From the NCBI GenBank assembly GCA_018713725.1, contig DVOJ01000015.1, forward strand, positions 9,402 through 73,401: a stretch of 64,000 nucleotides of DNA, given 5' to 3'. Below are positions 28,901 to 36,332 of this stretch, in pieces. Both the position numbers and the translations under genes were made by a program. How positions within the stretch are numbered: the stretch's first letter is position 1; each line of letters starts with the position of its first letter. Under the pieces are notes generated by a model, which was given only the letters and a program-made list of their open reading frames with translations, had not been told where the DNA came from and searched no databases. Source of the DNA: Candidatus Caccopulliclostridium gallistercoris. GTDB lineage: Bacteria; Bacillota; Clostridia; Christensenellales; UBA1242.

Positions 28901-29337
28901 GGATTGTATGTAACCGAAGAACCATCTTGATGATCAATACCAATATAGTTTGGAATAGAAGAGTTTGTTATGTTACTTTTAAATTTAACTTTTTGTCTTA
29001 CCCAGTTGGCACATTCTTTTGCGATGGCTTTAAGTGTCATCTCATTCCTGAGTTTAATTTCAAACTCGCTACCATAAAGGCTGTTTTCTCGGTTTTGTTT
29101 TGGGATATAAAATTCTCGTTTTTCCTTTTTAACTCCCTCTGCGATTGTATCCTTTGTGAATGTTGGAGAAGTAAACAAAAATTTAAGTTCTTCAATTTGG
29201 CTTAGTTCTTCCTTTAATTCTTTAAATGCATACATTGAAAAACAAGAAGAGGCTATTCTTACCTTTGAGCCTTTTCTTAACTCACTTTTTAAATCATCTC
29301 CAAGCAGTTTCGTTCTATTGTCTATATTTTCAAACAT
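25981..29337 (-). CDS. SNF2-family helicase
   Basis: Motifs ILADSVGLGKTFTA, VVIDESHNFRN, LSATPVNN, QRFGRIDRIGS. Has ~240-aa N-terminal and ~250-aa C-terminal extensions of unknown function. Confidence 0.9.
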   Translation of the reverse strand: MFENIDNRTKLLGDDLKSELRKGSKVRIASSCFSMYAFKELKEELSQIEELKFLFTSPTFTKDTIAEGVKKEKREFYIPKQNRENSLYGSEFEIKLRNEMTLKAIAKECANWVRQKVKFKSNITNSSIPNYIGIDHQDGSSVTYNPVNGFTTTDLGYQQGNSIFTAISKTDFAEQSKFLFSMFDEVWNDKSKVEEITDNVVEMISSAYQENSPEFIYYIILYNIFSEFLDDISEDNMPNEATGFKDTKIWNMLYDFQKDGVISIINKLEKHNGCILADSVGLGKTFTALAVIAYYSLRNKSILVLCPKRLSDNWTQYCGSSNDTTNIFYEDRIRYEVLYHTDLGRVGTAHNGRDLKLVNWGNYDLVVIDESHNFRNNNPVKDKETRYDFLINHVIKAGVKTKVLMLSATPVNNRYNDLKNQLAIAYSQDYDAFENSLDTKSNIATIFRQAQAVFNDWSKRPPNERKNKDLIDALSIDFKILLDSVTIARSRKNIAKYYNMNDIGKFPDRLSPVSCSPELTKRKDVPQYKEIYQSIKSLSMAVYGLFDFVLDSQKDKYERKYDVEIKHSGLTRSGRTSGIKRIMTVNLLKRLESSVEAFRLTMLGMLDLNRAELKRLSYYNAGQMRPDAYATKKVFNYEMFDQDEDGSLNLVQTDKGKEIHIEYADIDRLSWQKAMEHDVEILEYLINELGKITPEYDLKLQTLKEIIDIKIKNPINAGNRKFLIFSAFADTANYLYENLHKWLKDTYGIESAMIEGQANKVSLRHCPKKTNTLLTMFSPISKNRDQVFSWMHRQIESYNDPKLNWSGKIDKHEFDDCFKDIDVLIATDCISEGQNLQDCDMCINYDIHWNPVRIVQRFGRIDRIGSKNKVIQLVNFWPPLPLNEYINLTDRVKSRMTIVDQTATADDNILNPDDQMDDYREVQIKKLREGENIDLEDTNSGISISDLGLNEFRMDATEFIKTYGEPRRVPKGMHCVIEKDASRGIVPGVIYILKNQNNNVNINRQNRLHPYYLVYVDEKGEIVNNHLEVKEILDSIRVACKGRKEPLYNVCSVFNEETNDGLDMSKYSKLLEKAIESIIEVKEQSDINALFKQGSMVLSGTKIKGLDDFELIAFVVVK

Positions 29338-29440
29338 TCTTTTGTCCTTTGCTGGCTAATATCTTAAGTTGATTATAGCATATTTATCGCTTTTTTGTGG
29401 TATTTTTCGCAAAATTTAATTAAAATATTATATATTTTTA

Positions 29441-29686
29441 TTAAAAAGCTTCATCATTTCCATCATCTAAACTATTAAATTCGTCAAATGATGTTTTGTT
29501 ATTTCCTTTTTTATTTTCTCCCCAAAAGGATTGACTAATATCTTGTTTGCTTTGTGCCTGCCAGTCACAAGTGCAATCTTCTAACAACTCTCCACAGGAC
29601 TCACAATGAGTTTCCCAATTAAAATCATGTTGTTTCTTCTTATCCTTTGGTTTTGAAAATCCAAATAAAAAATCTAAAAATCCCAT
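29441..29686 (-). CDS. Small Cys-rich protein
   Basis: 81 aa with CESCGELLEDCTC, between the WYL regulator and the SNF2 gene. Confidence 0.35.
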   Translation of the reverse strand: MGFLDFLFGFSKPKDKKKQHDFNWETHCESCGELLEDCTCDWQAQSKQDISQSFWGENKKGNNKTSFDEFNSLDDGNDEAF

Positions 29687-29695
29687 ATTTTACTC

Positions 29696-30697
29696 CTAAT
29701 ATTTATTTAAAACTTTTTCAAGCATAGCTTTTATTTTTCCTCTTGTTTCTTGTGGACTTACAATCTCTACATGCTCGCCATACTGCATAGCCCAGTAGAT
29801 AAGTGCAAGTTCGTTTACTTTCAAGTTTACGAATATTTCTTCATTTTCTTTTTTAATTTTTATATTCTCGCCATACCAATCTATAATATCTCCAATAACT
29901 TTCGGGCTATCTAACTTTAATGTTGCATCAACTGAATTTCCATGTGTCATATAAATGTGTTCGTTTATATAGTTGTCAAGTTTAAAGTTTTGTTGATTAG
30001 GTAGTGACTTTAAAGGTTTTATATCCTCGTCTAGTATTTTCAAATCTGATATGCATTCAATTTTGTAATTAGCAAGATCCTCATATTTGTCGTAGTTGCA
30101 AACTAAATAATATTTTCCATTATTGTTTACTAGAAAGTAGGGATTCATTATAAATCTATGTCCCTGCATTCTTGGTTGAAATTTCTTTGTTATGTCGTAT
30201 TCGTTATATTGAAATGAAACCTTTTTACCTTTCTCAATTGCTTCATCAAGCATCTCAATGTTTTTAAACAACTGCGTATTTCTCATTCTGCTGATTTCTT
30301 CAACTTTGTAAATATGCTTATATTTTCTTTTTTCAAAAGTACTGCAGTTCTTAATTATTTTTTGAATTAATTCCTTAGCATCCTGCGGGGGAATAGTCTT
30401 AGAAGAAAAAATGGCGTCAACTAGAAACATCACTTCAGATTTGTCAAAATCTCGTGATGCCAAGTAACAGCCATATTTACCTTTCTTTACTATTTTATAT
30501 CCGTACTCAGTTAGTGTTTCTATGTTTCTAGCAATTGATTTTATGTTTGGAGAAACTCCATATATAATATCTAACTTTGTAATTATATCTGAATAGGTTA
30601 ACAAATGATTTTCGTCAGTAAAATCTTTTAGTATGTCTAAAACATACAAAAGTACAATTTTTTTATCGCTTTCAGACGCCAACTTATTTACCTCCAC
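29696..30697 (-). CDS. HTH-WYL transcription regulator (BrxR/CapW-like architecture)
   Basis: N-terminal wHTH and a central WYL-like GKYYLVCNY block, 333 aa. Heads the defence island. Confidence 0.6.
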   Translation of the reverse strand: MEVNKLASESDKKIVLLYVLDILKDFTDENHLLTYSDIITKLDIIYGVSPNIKSIARNIETLTEYGYKIVKKGKYGCYLASRDFDKSEVMFLVDAIFSSKTIPPQDAKELIQKIIKNCSTFEKRKYKHIYKVEEISRMRNTQLFKNIEMLDEAIEKGKKVSFQYNEYDITKKFQPRMQGHRFIMNPYFLVNNNGKYYLVCNYDKYEDLANYKIECISDLKILDEDIKPLKSLPNQQNFKLDNYINEHIYMTHGNSVDATLKLDSPKVIGDIIDWYGENIKIKKENEEIFVNLKVNELALIYWAMQYGEHVEIVSPQETRGKIKAMLEKVLNKY

Positions 30698-30822
30698 CGA
30701 TTAAACTTTTGAAAAAGTAGTAAATGAATAGGATTGGGCACAATATCCACCACATAATCTCTCCTTTTTTACACTTTTATTATAGCATATTTCAAATCCA
30801 AAAAAACGGATTTTAATAAACT

Positions 30823-30859
30823 TTTTTCTTTTATCTCAAAAAGAGAGGCAATAAGTATT
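30823..30859 (+). repeat. 37-bp perfect direct repeat, copy B
   Basis: Identical to 15791-15827. Immediately 3' of the 30864..31391 stop and preceded by a 16-mer (30801-30816) also present at 15162-15177. Confidence 0.9.
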
Positions 30860-30863
30860 TTTA

Positions 30864-31391
30864 TTAAAGTTTTTGCAGGTCAATAATCTCTATATCTTTA
30901 CCAACTTTCTTTGCATACTGAATTGTGTTCCAAGTTCCACCTGATTGCTCTCCATTCCAAAATGCTAGCAGTTTATCACAATTATCAACCATATATTCAT
31001 TTCGTTTTTGCATACAGTCAAATGAGTATTTGTCGCTTACTAGAGTAATCTTATCTGCACTCAGAAGAATTTTTTGATATCTAACTTTATCTTCGGCATT
31101 CCATTTTTTATCTTGGTCCGTGCAAGGTAATGCCATTTCTAGCTTAATCTTGGTTTTATTTAATTTATTTAATAAAATCTTTGTATCTATTACAGCTCTT
31201 GCAAAGTCAAGGTCTACACCAATTGCACCACCTGAAATAAAATAATCATATCCATTTGTGGCATATTGCAATACGGTAGACTGCATTAAAGATATATATT
31301 CCACATACCTATCATCATTTACATTGCCATATTTCATTACTTTATTTAGCCCCTTAGGTCTATGTCCTGTAACAGCGATTTTCCTATGCAT
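30864..31391 (-). CDS. SLOG/DUF1273 (YpsA-like) protein
   Basis: KIAVTGHRPKGL and GGAIGVDLDFA, a Rossmann-like SLOG pattern. Confidence 0.5.
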   Translation of the reverse strand: MHRKIAVTGHRPKGLNKVMKYGNVNDDRYVEYISLMQSTVLQYATNGYDYFISGGAIGVDLDFARAVIDTKILLNKLNKTKIKLEMALPCTDQDKKWNAEDKVRYQKILLSADKITLVSDKYSFDCMQKRNEYMVDNCDKLLAFWNGEQSGGTWNTIQYAKKVGKDIEIIDLQKL

Positions 31392-31528
31392 ATTGTTACC
31401 TCCAATGTAACATTATAGTCTAACTCGCTTTCAAAAATCAACTTATTTGAAATAAATATAGTATATCTCACTTTCAAAATCAACAATTTATGTCAAATTT
31501 AAAATAAACTATAATTGGAGAGTTTATT

Positions 31529-31966
31529 ATGTATTCAGTCAAAGAAAATTTGGAAGAACTTATGTCCAATCATAACTTAACATTGACTCAATTATCGGCA
31601 GAACTTGGTATTCCATATAAGACTATCTCTAATTACACTAATGGCAAATATTTGCCTAATTTGAACACGGCTATTAAAATTGCTAACTATTTTCATTGTA
31701 GCATTAATTATCTTGTTGGATTATCTGATAGTGAGGAATATGGCAATTACTCTGATATGGATAACTTGTTTTTGTCTAGATATGAAGAACTTCTCAAAAC
31801 AACAAAAGTCACTCATTATAGGGCGACAAAGGATCTTGGTTTGAATATAAACATATCTCGCAAGTGGCGTGCAGGCACAACTCCATCTCTTGCAGTGTTA
31901 ACAAAACTTGCAAACTATTTTGGTGTTACAATTGATTATTTAATTGGTAGAAATAGATTAAGTTAA
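31529..31966 (+). CDS. XRE-family regulator with two HTH domains
   Basis: Two HTH_3-like blocks (LTQLSAELGIPYKTISNYTNG; ATKDLGLNINISRKWRAG). Two direct repeats CTC(G/A)CTTTCAAAA(A)TCAAC lie in its upstream region. Confidence 0.75.
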   Translation: MYSVKENLEELMSNHNLTLTQLSAELGIPYKTISNYTNGKYLPNLNTAIKIANYFHCSINYLVGLSDSEEYGNYSDMDNLFLSRYEELLKTTKVTHYRATKDLGLNINISRKWRAGTTPSLAVLTKLANYFGVTIDYLIGRNRLS

Positions 31967-32221
31967 TCATTTTATTTTTTGTATATTTTGTATAATCTTT
32001 TTCGTCTGAACTAGTTGACATCAGTATTGTATCCGTTTATAATAGTATTGTTTTTGATTGATATATCAAAAATTGGCACATAGGCACAGGAATAGGCACA
32101 AACGATAAAATTTGATAAAGCCAAAATTGTGTTTCAAGTGTTAAAAAATATGCATAAAAGCACTATATATTGTGTTTTTAGATAAAATTAGGTCGAGTTG
32201 ACTAGATTTTAGAACCCCATC

Positions 32222-32266
32222 CTGATAAGGTGGGGGTCGGTGGTTCGAGTCCACTCAATCCTACCA
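32222..32266 (+). repeat. tRNA-Ile(GAU) 3' fragment = att core copy 1 (ICE/IME junction)
   Basis: Anticodon loop CTGATAA, stem GGTGG, variable GGGTC, T-arm GGTGG-TTCGAGT-CCACT, acceptor CAATCCT, ACCA. 45 nt with 1 mismatch versus 44958-45002. Confidence 0.85.
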
Positions 32267-32272
32267 CTAAAA

Positions 32273-32295
32273 CTCCGATAAATTCGGGGTTTTTA
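32273..32295 (+). terminator. Intrinsic terminator after the tRNA fragment
   Basis: CTCCGA-TAAAT-TCGGGG followed by TTTTT. Confidence 0.5.
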
Positions 32296-32317
32296 TTATA
32301 ATTTTATAACTAATTTT

Positions 32318-32468
32318 TTGACATCGTTTAATGCGTTTTTTGACATCAAATATTTTTCTATTAAATTTTACCAATAAAAATGACCGAAAGTGTGAAATTT
32401 TTACTTTCGGTCTAATTCTATCTAAAACTATCTAAAAATGTGTTATTTGATGTCAAAATTGATGTCAA
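32318..32468. repeat. Arm-type site cluster (TTGACATCAA / TTGATGTCAA)
   Basis: Copies at 32318-32325, 32340-32349 (forward) and 32447-32456, 32459-32468 (reverse). One more lies left of the core at 32015-32023. Confidence 0.6.
32372..32412 (-). terminator. Intrinsic terminator of the DUF1848 gene
   Basis: GACCGAAAGT-N11-ACTTTCGGTC followed by a T-rich run on the minus strand. Confidence 0.6.
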
Positions 32469-32532
32469 ACTTTACATATAAATTTTTTTATTTTATTTAT
32501 ACATATTTTTCTTTTAAAAGTTTTTCATAGCA

Positions 32533-33468
32533 TTACTTGTACTCAAATTCAAGCTCGGTTTTCCTTTCGTAAATAGTGCCGACAGATTTATCTCTCATTG
32601 ACTTTTGAGAAGATTTTTTTGCATAACAATATCTGCAGTCGTGAAAGCAAGTGTCATACTGCCCTATGTCAACCGACGGCATACAAAGGCAATTTTTGCG
32701 TTGCCCATCAAGTTTGTTATTTTTGCGTTTGACTTGAAGACTCAAATCTTTATATTTTTCAGTTAAAAGTTTCTCGAAAATTTCTCCATCTATGCACTTA
32801 CTTGGAACAATGTCATATTTTGAGTAGTCATTTTCGGCACACGCCTCAATTTGAATTCCATTTTCTTTGGAAATTTTAGAAATGGCAGACAAAATTTTGT
32901 CTTTTTGCTGTTCATTTGGTTTATGCAAATTTTTATCACAACCTTTATAACTTTCAATCAAAAAACTGATTTTGCAATGTTTAGTGTATCCGTTTAATGC
33001 CTTCGCCAAGTGTTCAAATCTTTCAATATGCCAATTTTCATCTATGCCTTCTGTCACTAATATTGGGTCATAACGCCAGATGACAGGACAAAATTTTGAA
33101 AGCGTTTTAAAACTTTCAATTCGTTCTTCAAGCGGCGGAAGATTTGCTTCAATTTCTTTTGGATAGGCATTGAGAGTGTAAAGAAAATAATATTTATAGT
33201 CACTAAGTTTATAAAGTTTGTTAAGCATAGGTTTTGGGTTCTTTGTCCAAAAAACAATCCCTTCAATATTTCCAGATGTTTCAACTTTCTTTTCGCCAAG
33301 CAAATTTATTTCTATATTTTCAATTTTTAATGGTTCGAGTGCGATTTTTGCAATTTTTTCGTGTGCAATGGGATTTGGCACCAAAACAAAACCTTGGTCT
33401 AACTGCTTAAAAAACCAATCACTATAAAACGCAGGAATATCGGTACGTCTTGAAACACTTAAAATCAT
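32533..33468 (-). CDS. DUF1848-family protein
   Basis: N-terminus MILSVSRRTDIPAFYSDWF matches my recollection of DUF1848. Has a C-terminal Cys cluster (CLCMP...CFHDCRYC). Confidence 0.55.
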   Translation of the reverse strand: MILSVSRRTDIPAFYSDWFFKQLDQGFVLVPNPIAHEKIAKIALEPLKIENIEINLLGEKKVETSGNIEGIVFWTKNPKPMLNKLYKLSDYKYYFLYTLNAYPKEIEANLPPLEERIESFKTLSKFCPVIWRYDPILVTEGIDENWHIERFEHLAKALNGYTKHCKISFLIESYKGCDKNLHKPNEQQKDKILSAISKISKENGIQIEACAENDYSKYDIVPSKCIDGEIFEKLLTEKYKDLSLQVKRKNNKLDGQRKNCLCMPSVDIGQYDTCFHDCRYCYAKKSSQKSMRDKSVGTIYERKTELEFEYK

Positions 33469-33600
33469 ATTTTATCCTTTTTGTTAATTAAATTATTATT
33501 GCAAGGAGCAATATGCTTGCTTGCAAGGGCATTTGCGACGCTGTCCAAAAATAATGAGTGGAAGTCACACATTTTGTGTGAGTTTCTAAACTAAAATGCG

Positions 33601-34254
33601 TTAGCATTTTCTTCCACTCATTATTATACCTTTTCCATCTAAAATTTCAAAGCTATTGTAATGAAAAGAATTTAATTTTCTCCTTAACCTTTTTAGAAAA
33701 TCCATTTCTTCTTTTGGCATGTGATAATTATTATTTATTGTATAATCACAAATAATGTAAAAATTATTTTTGTTTTCTAATGCTTTAACTAAATCTTCTT
33801 TTAAGTTGGAATTATTTGAAATAGTAAATAGTGAATTAAAAAAGCAAATTACAGGATTTTCTTTTGTGACATTTAGCAAAAACATTCCGTCATCATAACT
33901 TATTGTTTTAGGCAATTTAGGCGTAAAGTTTTTATAAGCATTTGTCTTTTTAATTACCCAATCACCTTCATCTATTCCATAATAATTAAAATTGTTTCCA
34001 AAAATTTCATTTGCTCCAATGTAATCAAATCCAAGTCCACAACCAAAAGAAAAGATATTTAATTTATTGTTTGTAGTTAACCTTTTAAGTGAATTAAAAC
34101 TCTCCTTATTTTTCTCATAATTTACTTCGGCATAATCTTTTAAATAATTTAGATTTGAGCACAAGTTTCCATAATCTAAATGGCCTTGGCAGTCTTTTTT
34201 ACAAGTTTCACAGTTTGGAAATTTATATCCATTCCATAAACTTTCAAATTTCAT
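33601..34254 (-). CDS. Putative class I SAM-dependent methyltransferase
   Basis: Motif-I-like IFSFGCGLGFD. N-terminal Cys cluster CETCKKDC. Confidence 0.4.
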   Translation of the reverse strand: MKFESLWNGYKFPNCETCKKDCQGHLDYGNLCSNLNYLKDYAEVNYEKNKESFNSLKRLTTNNKLNIFSFGCGLGFDYIGANEIFGNNFNYYGIDEGDWVIKKTNAYKNFTPKLPKTISYDDGMFLLNVTKENPVICFFNSLFTISNNSNLKEDLVKALENKNNFYIICDYTINNNYHMPKEEMDFLKRLRRKLNSFHYNSFEILDGKGIIMSGRKC

Positions 34255-34356
34255 AATTTTCTCCTTTTAATGCAAAAGGTTGAGAAACCCAAAGTTTCTC
34301 AACCTTTTTTCATTGTATCATGGAATTATTGAAAGTCAACACTTGTATGCCAACTT

Positions 34357-35688
34357 TTACATCTCAAAATCTTTATTCCTTTTCCTTCTAGTTTGTTTTT
34401 CTCTTAATAGTTTTTCAAGTTCTTCGTCAAGTTCATCCTCTTCCATATCTTTCGGACTTAATTTACTTTCTTCCACTTTGAAATTTTTATTTATCACATC
34501 TGTTGCCTTTTGGAAGTAAGATTTGTCAACTGAATTATATGTTGTGATTGTTGTCTTGACCGACTTATGTCCTAAGAGTGCTTGAATAACTTTTGGATTT
34601 TGGTCTGCTTCAAATAACATATTTGAGTATGTGTGTCTTAATGTGTGAAAGTGTATGCCAAGATTATTTAGTTTATATTTGTTTAAAAAGTTGTTAAAAA
34701 TCTTTTTAGTGCCATAATATGTCCTAAGCGAACCATCATCATTGCAAAACACCAAGTTTGAGTTGTCGGTTAAAACAATACCTTTTTCATCAGCTTTAAT
34801 TTCTTGATTTATTTTGTATTCCTTTAATGCCTCCACCAAAAGATCAGGCATTGGAACAGTTCGCTTTGAGCAAGCAGTTTTAGTTTCGCTAATGACAGTT
34901 ACTCTCTTTGTTATCTTTCCATTTTCATCAAATTTAGGAACGATAGTGATTGCTCTATCAACATTTATTGTTTTGTTTTTAATGTCAATATCTTTCCACA
35001 TAAGCCCCAAAGTTTCGCCAGTTCTAAGACCGCCTAACATCATACAAAGGCAAAGTGGTTTTAATAGTTTATGTTCGCAAAGACAAGTTAAAAACATTTC
35101 TCTCGCTTCGGGTGGTATAGCCTTGTATTTGTTTTCACCATCATAGATTTTTCTTTCTTTACTTTTCACTCTCGTTAGCAGAGTTGGATTGCTTTGCACA
35201 AATTTGTTTTGAACAGCATAGTCAAAAAATTGATTAAATATTACTTTTGTTTTTCTCACAACATCAAGACTATATCCATCTTCAATCATTTGATTTAATA
35301 GCTTTTGAATAACAATTGTGTTTACTTCATCAATTTTCATATTGCCAATTTTAGGCTCAATGTGTAATTTGAATTTACTAAAATTGCCTTCAAACGTTCG
35401 TGGCGTAACTTGGTTCTTTTTAAAAACTAAAAGCCATTCAGTCATCAAACTTCCGATTGTGTTATTATCAACATAATCAAAATTCTCGCTTTCAATTCTG
35501 TTAGTTAGTTCTGTTAATTTGTTTGCGACTTCCATTCTTGATTTGCCATAAATGAATTTGCGAATAGGTTTGCCATTTTCATCATAGCCTGTTGTTACTG
35601 CACCAGTCCATCTTCCGTCTTTTCTTTGGAATATTGAGCCTTCGTTGTTTGCTCTACGAGTTTTACTTACAACTTTCTTTCTAGCCAT
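34357..35688 (-). CDS. int: Tyrosine integrase with an N-terminal arm-binding domain
   Basis: GLRTGE (Arg), HTLRHTY (HxxR), LGHKS and Y in the catalytic region. N-terminus EGSIFQRKDGRWTG is typical of Tn916-type Int arm-binding domains. Confidence 0.9.
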   Translation of the reverse strand: MARKKVVSKTRRANNEGSIFQRKDGRWTGAVTTGYDENGKPIRKFIYGKSRMEVANKLTELTNRIESENFDYVDNNTIGSLMTEWLLVFKKNQVTPRTFEGNFSKFKLHIEPKIGNMKIDEVNTIVIQKLLNQMIEDGYSLDVVRKTKVIFNQFFDYAVQNKFVQSNPTLLTRVKSKERKIYDGENKYKAIPPEAREMFLTCLCEHKLLKPLCLCMMLGGLRTGETLGLMWKDIDIKNKTINVDRAITIVPKFDENGKITKRVTVISETKTACSKRTVPMPDLLVEALKEYKINQEIKADEKGIVLTDNSNLVFCNDDGSLRTYYGTKKIFNNFLNKYKLNNLGIHFHTLRHTYSNMLFEADQNPKVIQALLGHKSVKTTITTYNSVDKSYFQKATDVINKNFKVEESKLSPKDMEEDELDEELEKLLREKQTRRKRNKDFEM

Positions 35689-35944
35689 TTGACGCCTCGC
35701 TTTGGTTGTTGTTTAGTGTTAACCAAGTTACAAAATTAAGCACACTCACAACTTGACGCTTGCCAACTTTGGTTGTTGGGAAAGACTTGCTACGAAGAAG
35801 ATTTCTAACATTATCTCTGCCAAGTCCGGTAATTTTTATAAGGTCTTCACAATCCAAGAAATCCTTGTTGTATTTAGTTGAAATACGGTCAACTTCCGCT
35901 TGTATTAAGTTGTTTAAATTTAGATTTGTGTTGTTTAAATTCAT
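35681..35944 (-). CDS. xis: Excisionase-type HTH protein
   Basis: 87 aa overlapping the int start. Pattern LIKITGLGRDNVRNLLRSKSFPTTKVGKRQVV...WL. Confidence 0.55.
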   Translation of the reverse strand: MNLNNTNLNLNNLIQAEVDRISTKYNKDFLDCEDLIKITGLGRDNVRNLLRSKSFPTTKVGKRQVVSVLNFVTWLTLNNNQSEASNG

Positions 35945-36240
35945 AGTTTAATTGTTCCTTTTGTTTGTAAAATTTTTTCTCTCTACAATCTCTTTCTAAA
36001 TCTAAATCTATTAAAATCTATCCGCATTGAGCAAAATAGAAGTAGCAACTTTGTTGCCAGTTTGTGGGCCCCGAAAAGTATTACTTGTAAACTTTTTGGG
36101 GAAAGGAAAAGCCAACCATAAAGCAAAGAAATTTTGAATTTTCAAAATTTTAAAGCCAAAAGGTTGTGCTTTGACGCTGTTGGGTATCCCAACAGCTTCC
36201 AAAATGACGAGAAAACATAGTAAATTTAAGTGTATCAGTT

Positions 36241-36266
36241 AAAAGTGCCGATTTTATCGGACTTTT
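36241..36266 (-). terminator. Intrinsic terminator after the IME relaxase
   Basis: GTCCGAT-AAA-ATCGG(C)AC followed by TTTT on the minus strand. Confidence 0.5.
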
Positions 36267-36332
36267 ACGCACTAAATTTAATAATTGTTTCTCGCTTATG
36301 CTCTATACTAAATATCTACCAAAAATACTATT

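Larger units (their letters stand above)
1..32266. mobile_element. Right-hand part of an integrative conjugative element (ICE); left end and its integrase lie outside the window
   Basis: Contiguous minus-strand T4SS/relaxosome genes, element regulators and cargo, ending at a tRNA-Ile(GAU) 3' fragment (32222-32266). Confidence 0.6.

Noticed and set aside
32190-32266. A full-length 77-nt tRNA-Ile gene
   Set aside because: The length fits and the 3' 50 nt are canonical. However, the 5' candidate AGGTCGA pairs with the acceptor 3' strand at only 3 of 7 positions, the D-stem does not form, and U8 is missing. It is a 3' fragment, or at best a decayed pseudo-tRNA.
34280-34519. ORF with a poly-Ser run
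   Set aside because: It is antisense to the acidic C-terminal tail of the integrase (the EEDELDEELE region), so the Ser run is a mirror image of GAA/GAT codons.
36011-36202. 63-aa ORF in the relaxase-xis spacer
   Set aside because: It has no RBS and spans several hairpins. The region is better explained as structured non-coding DNA.
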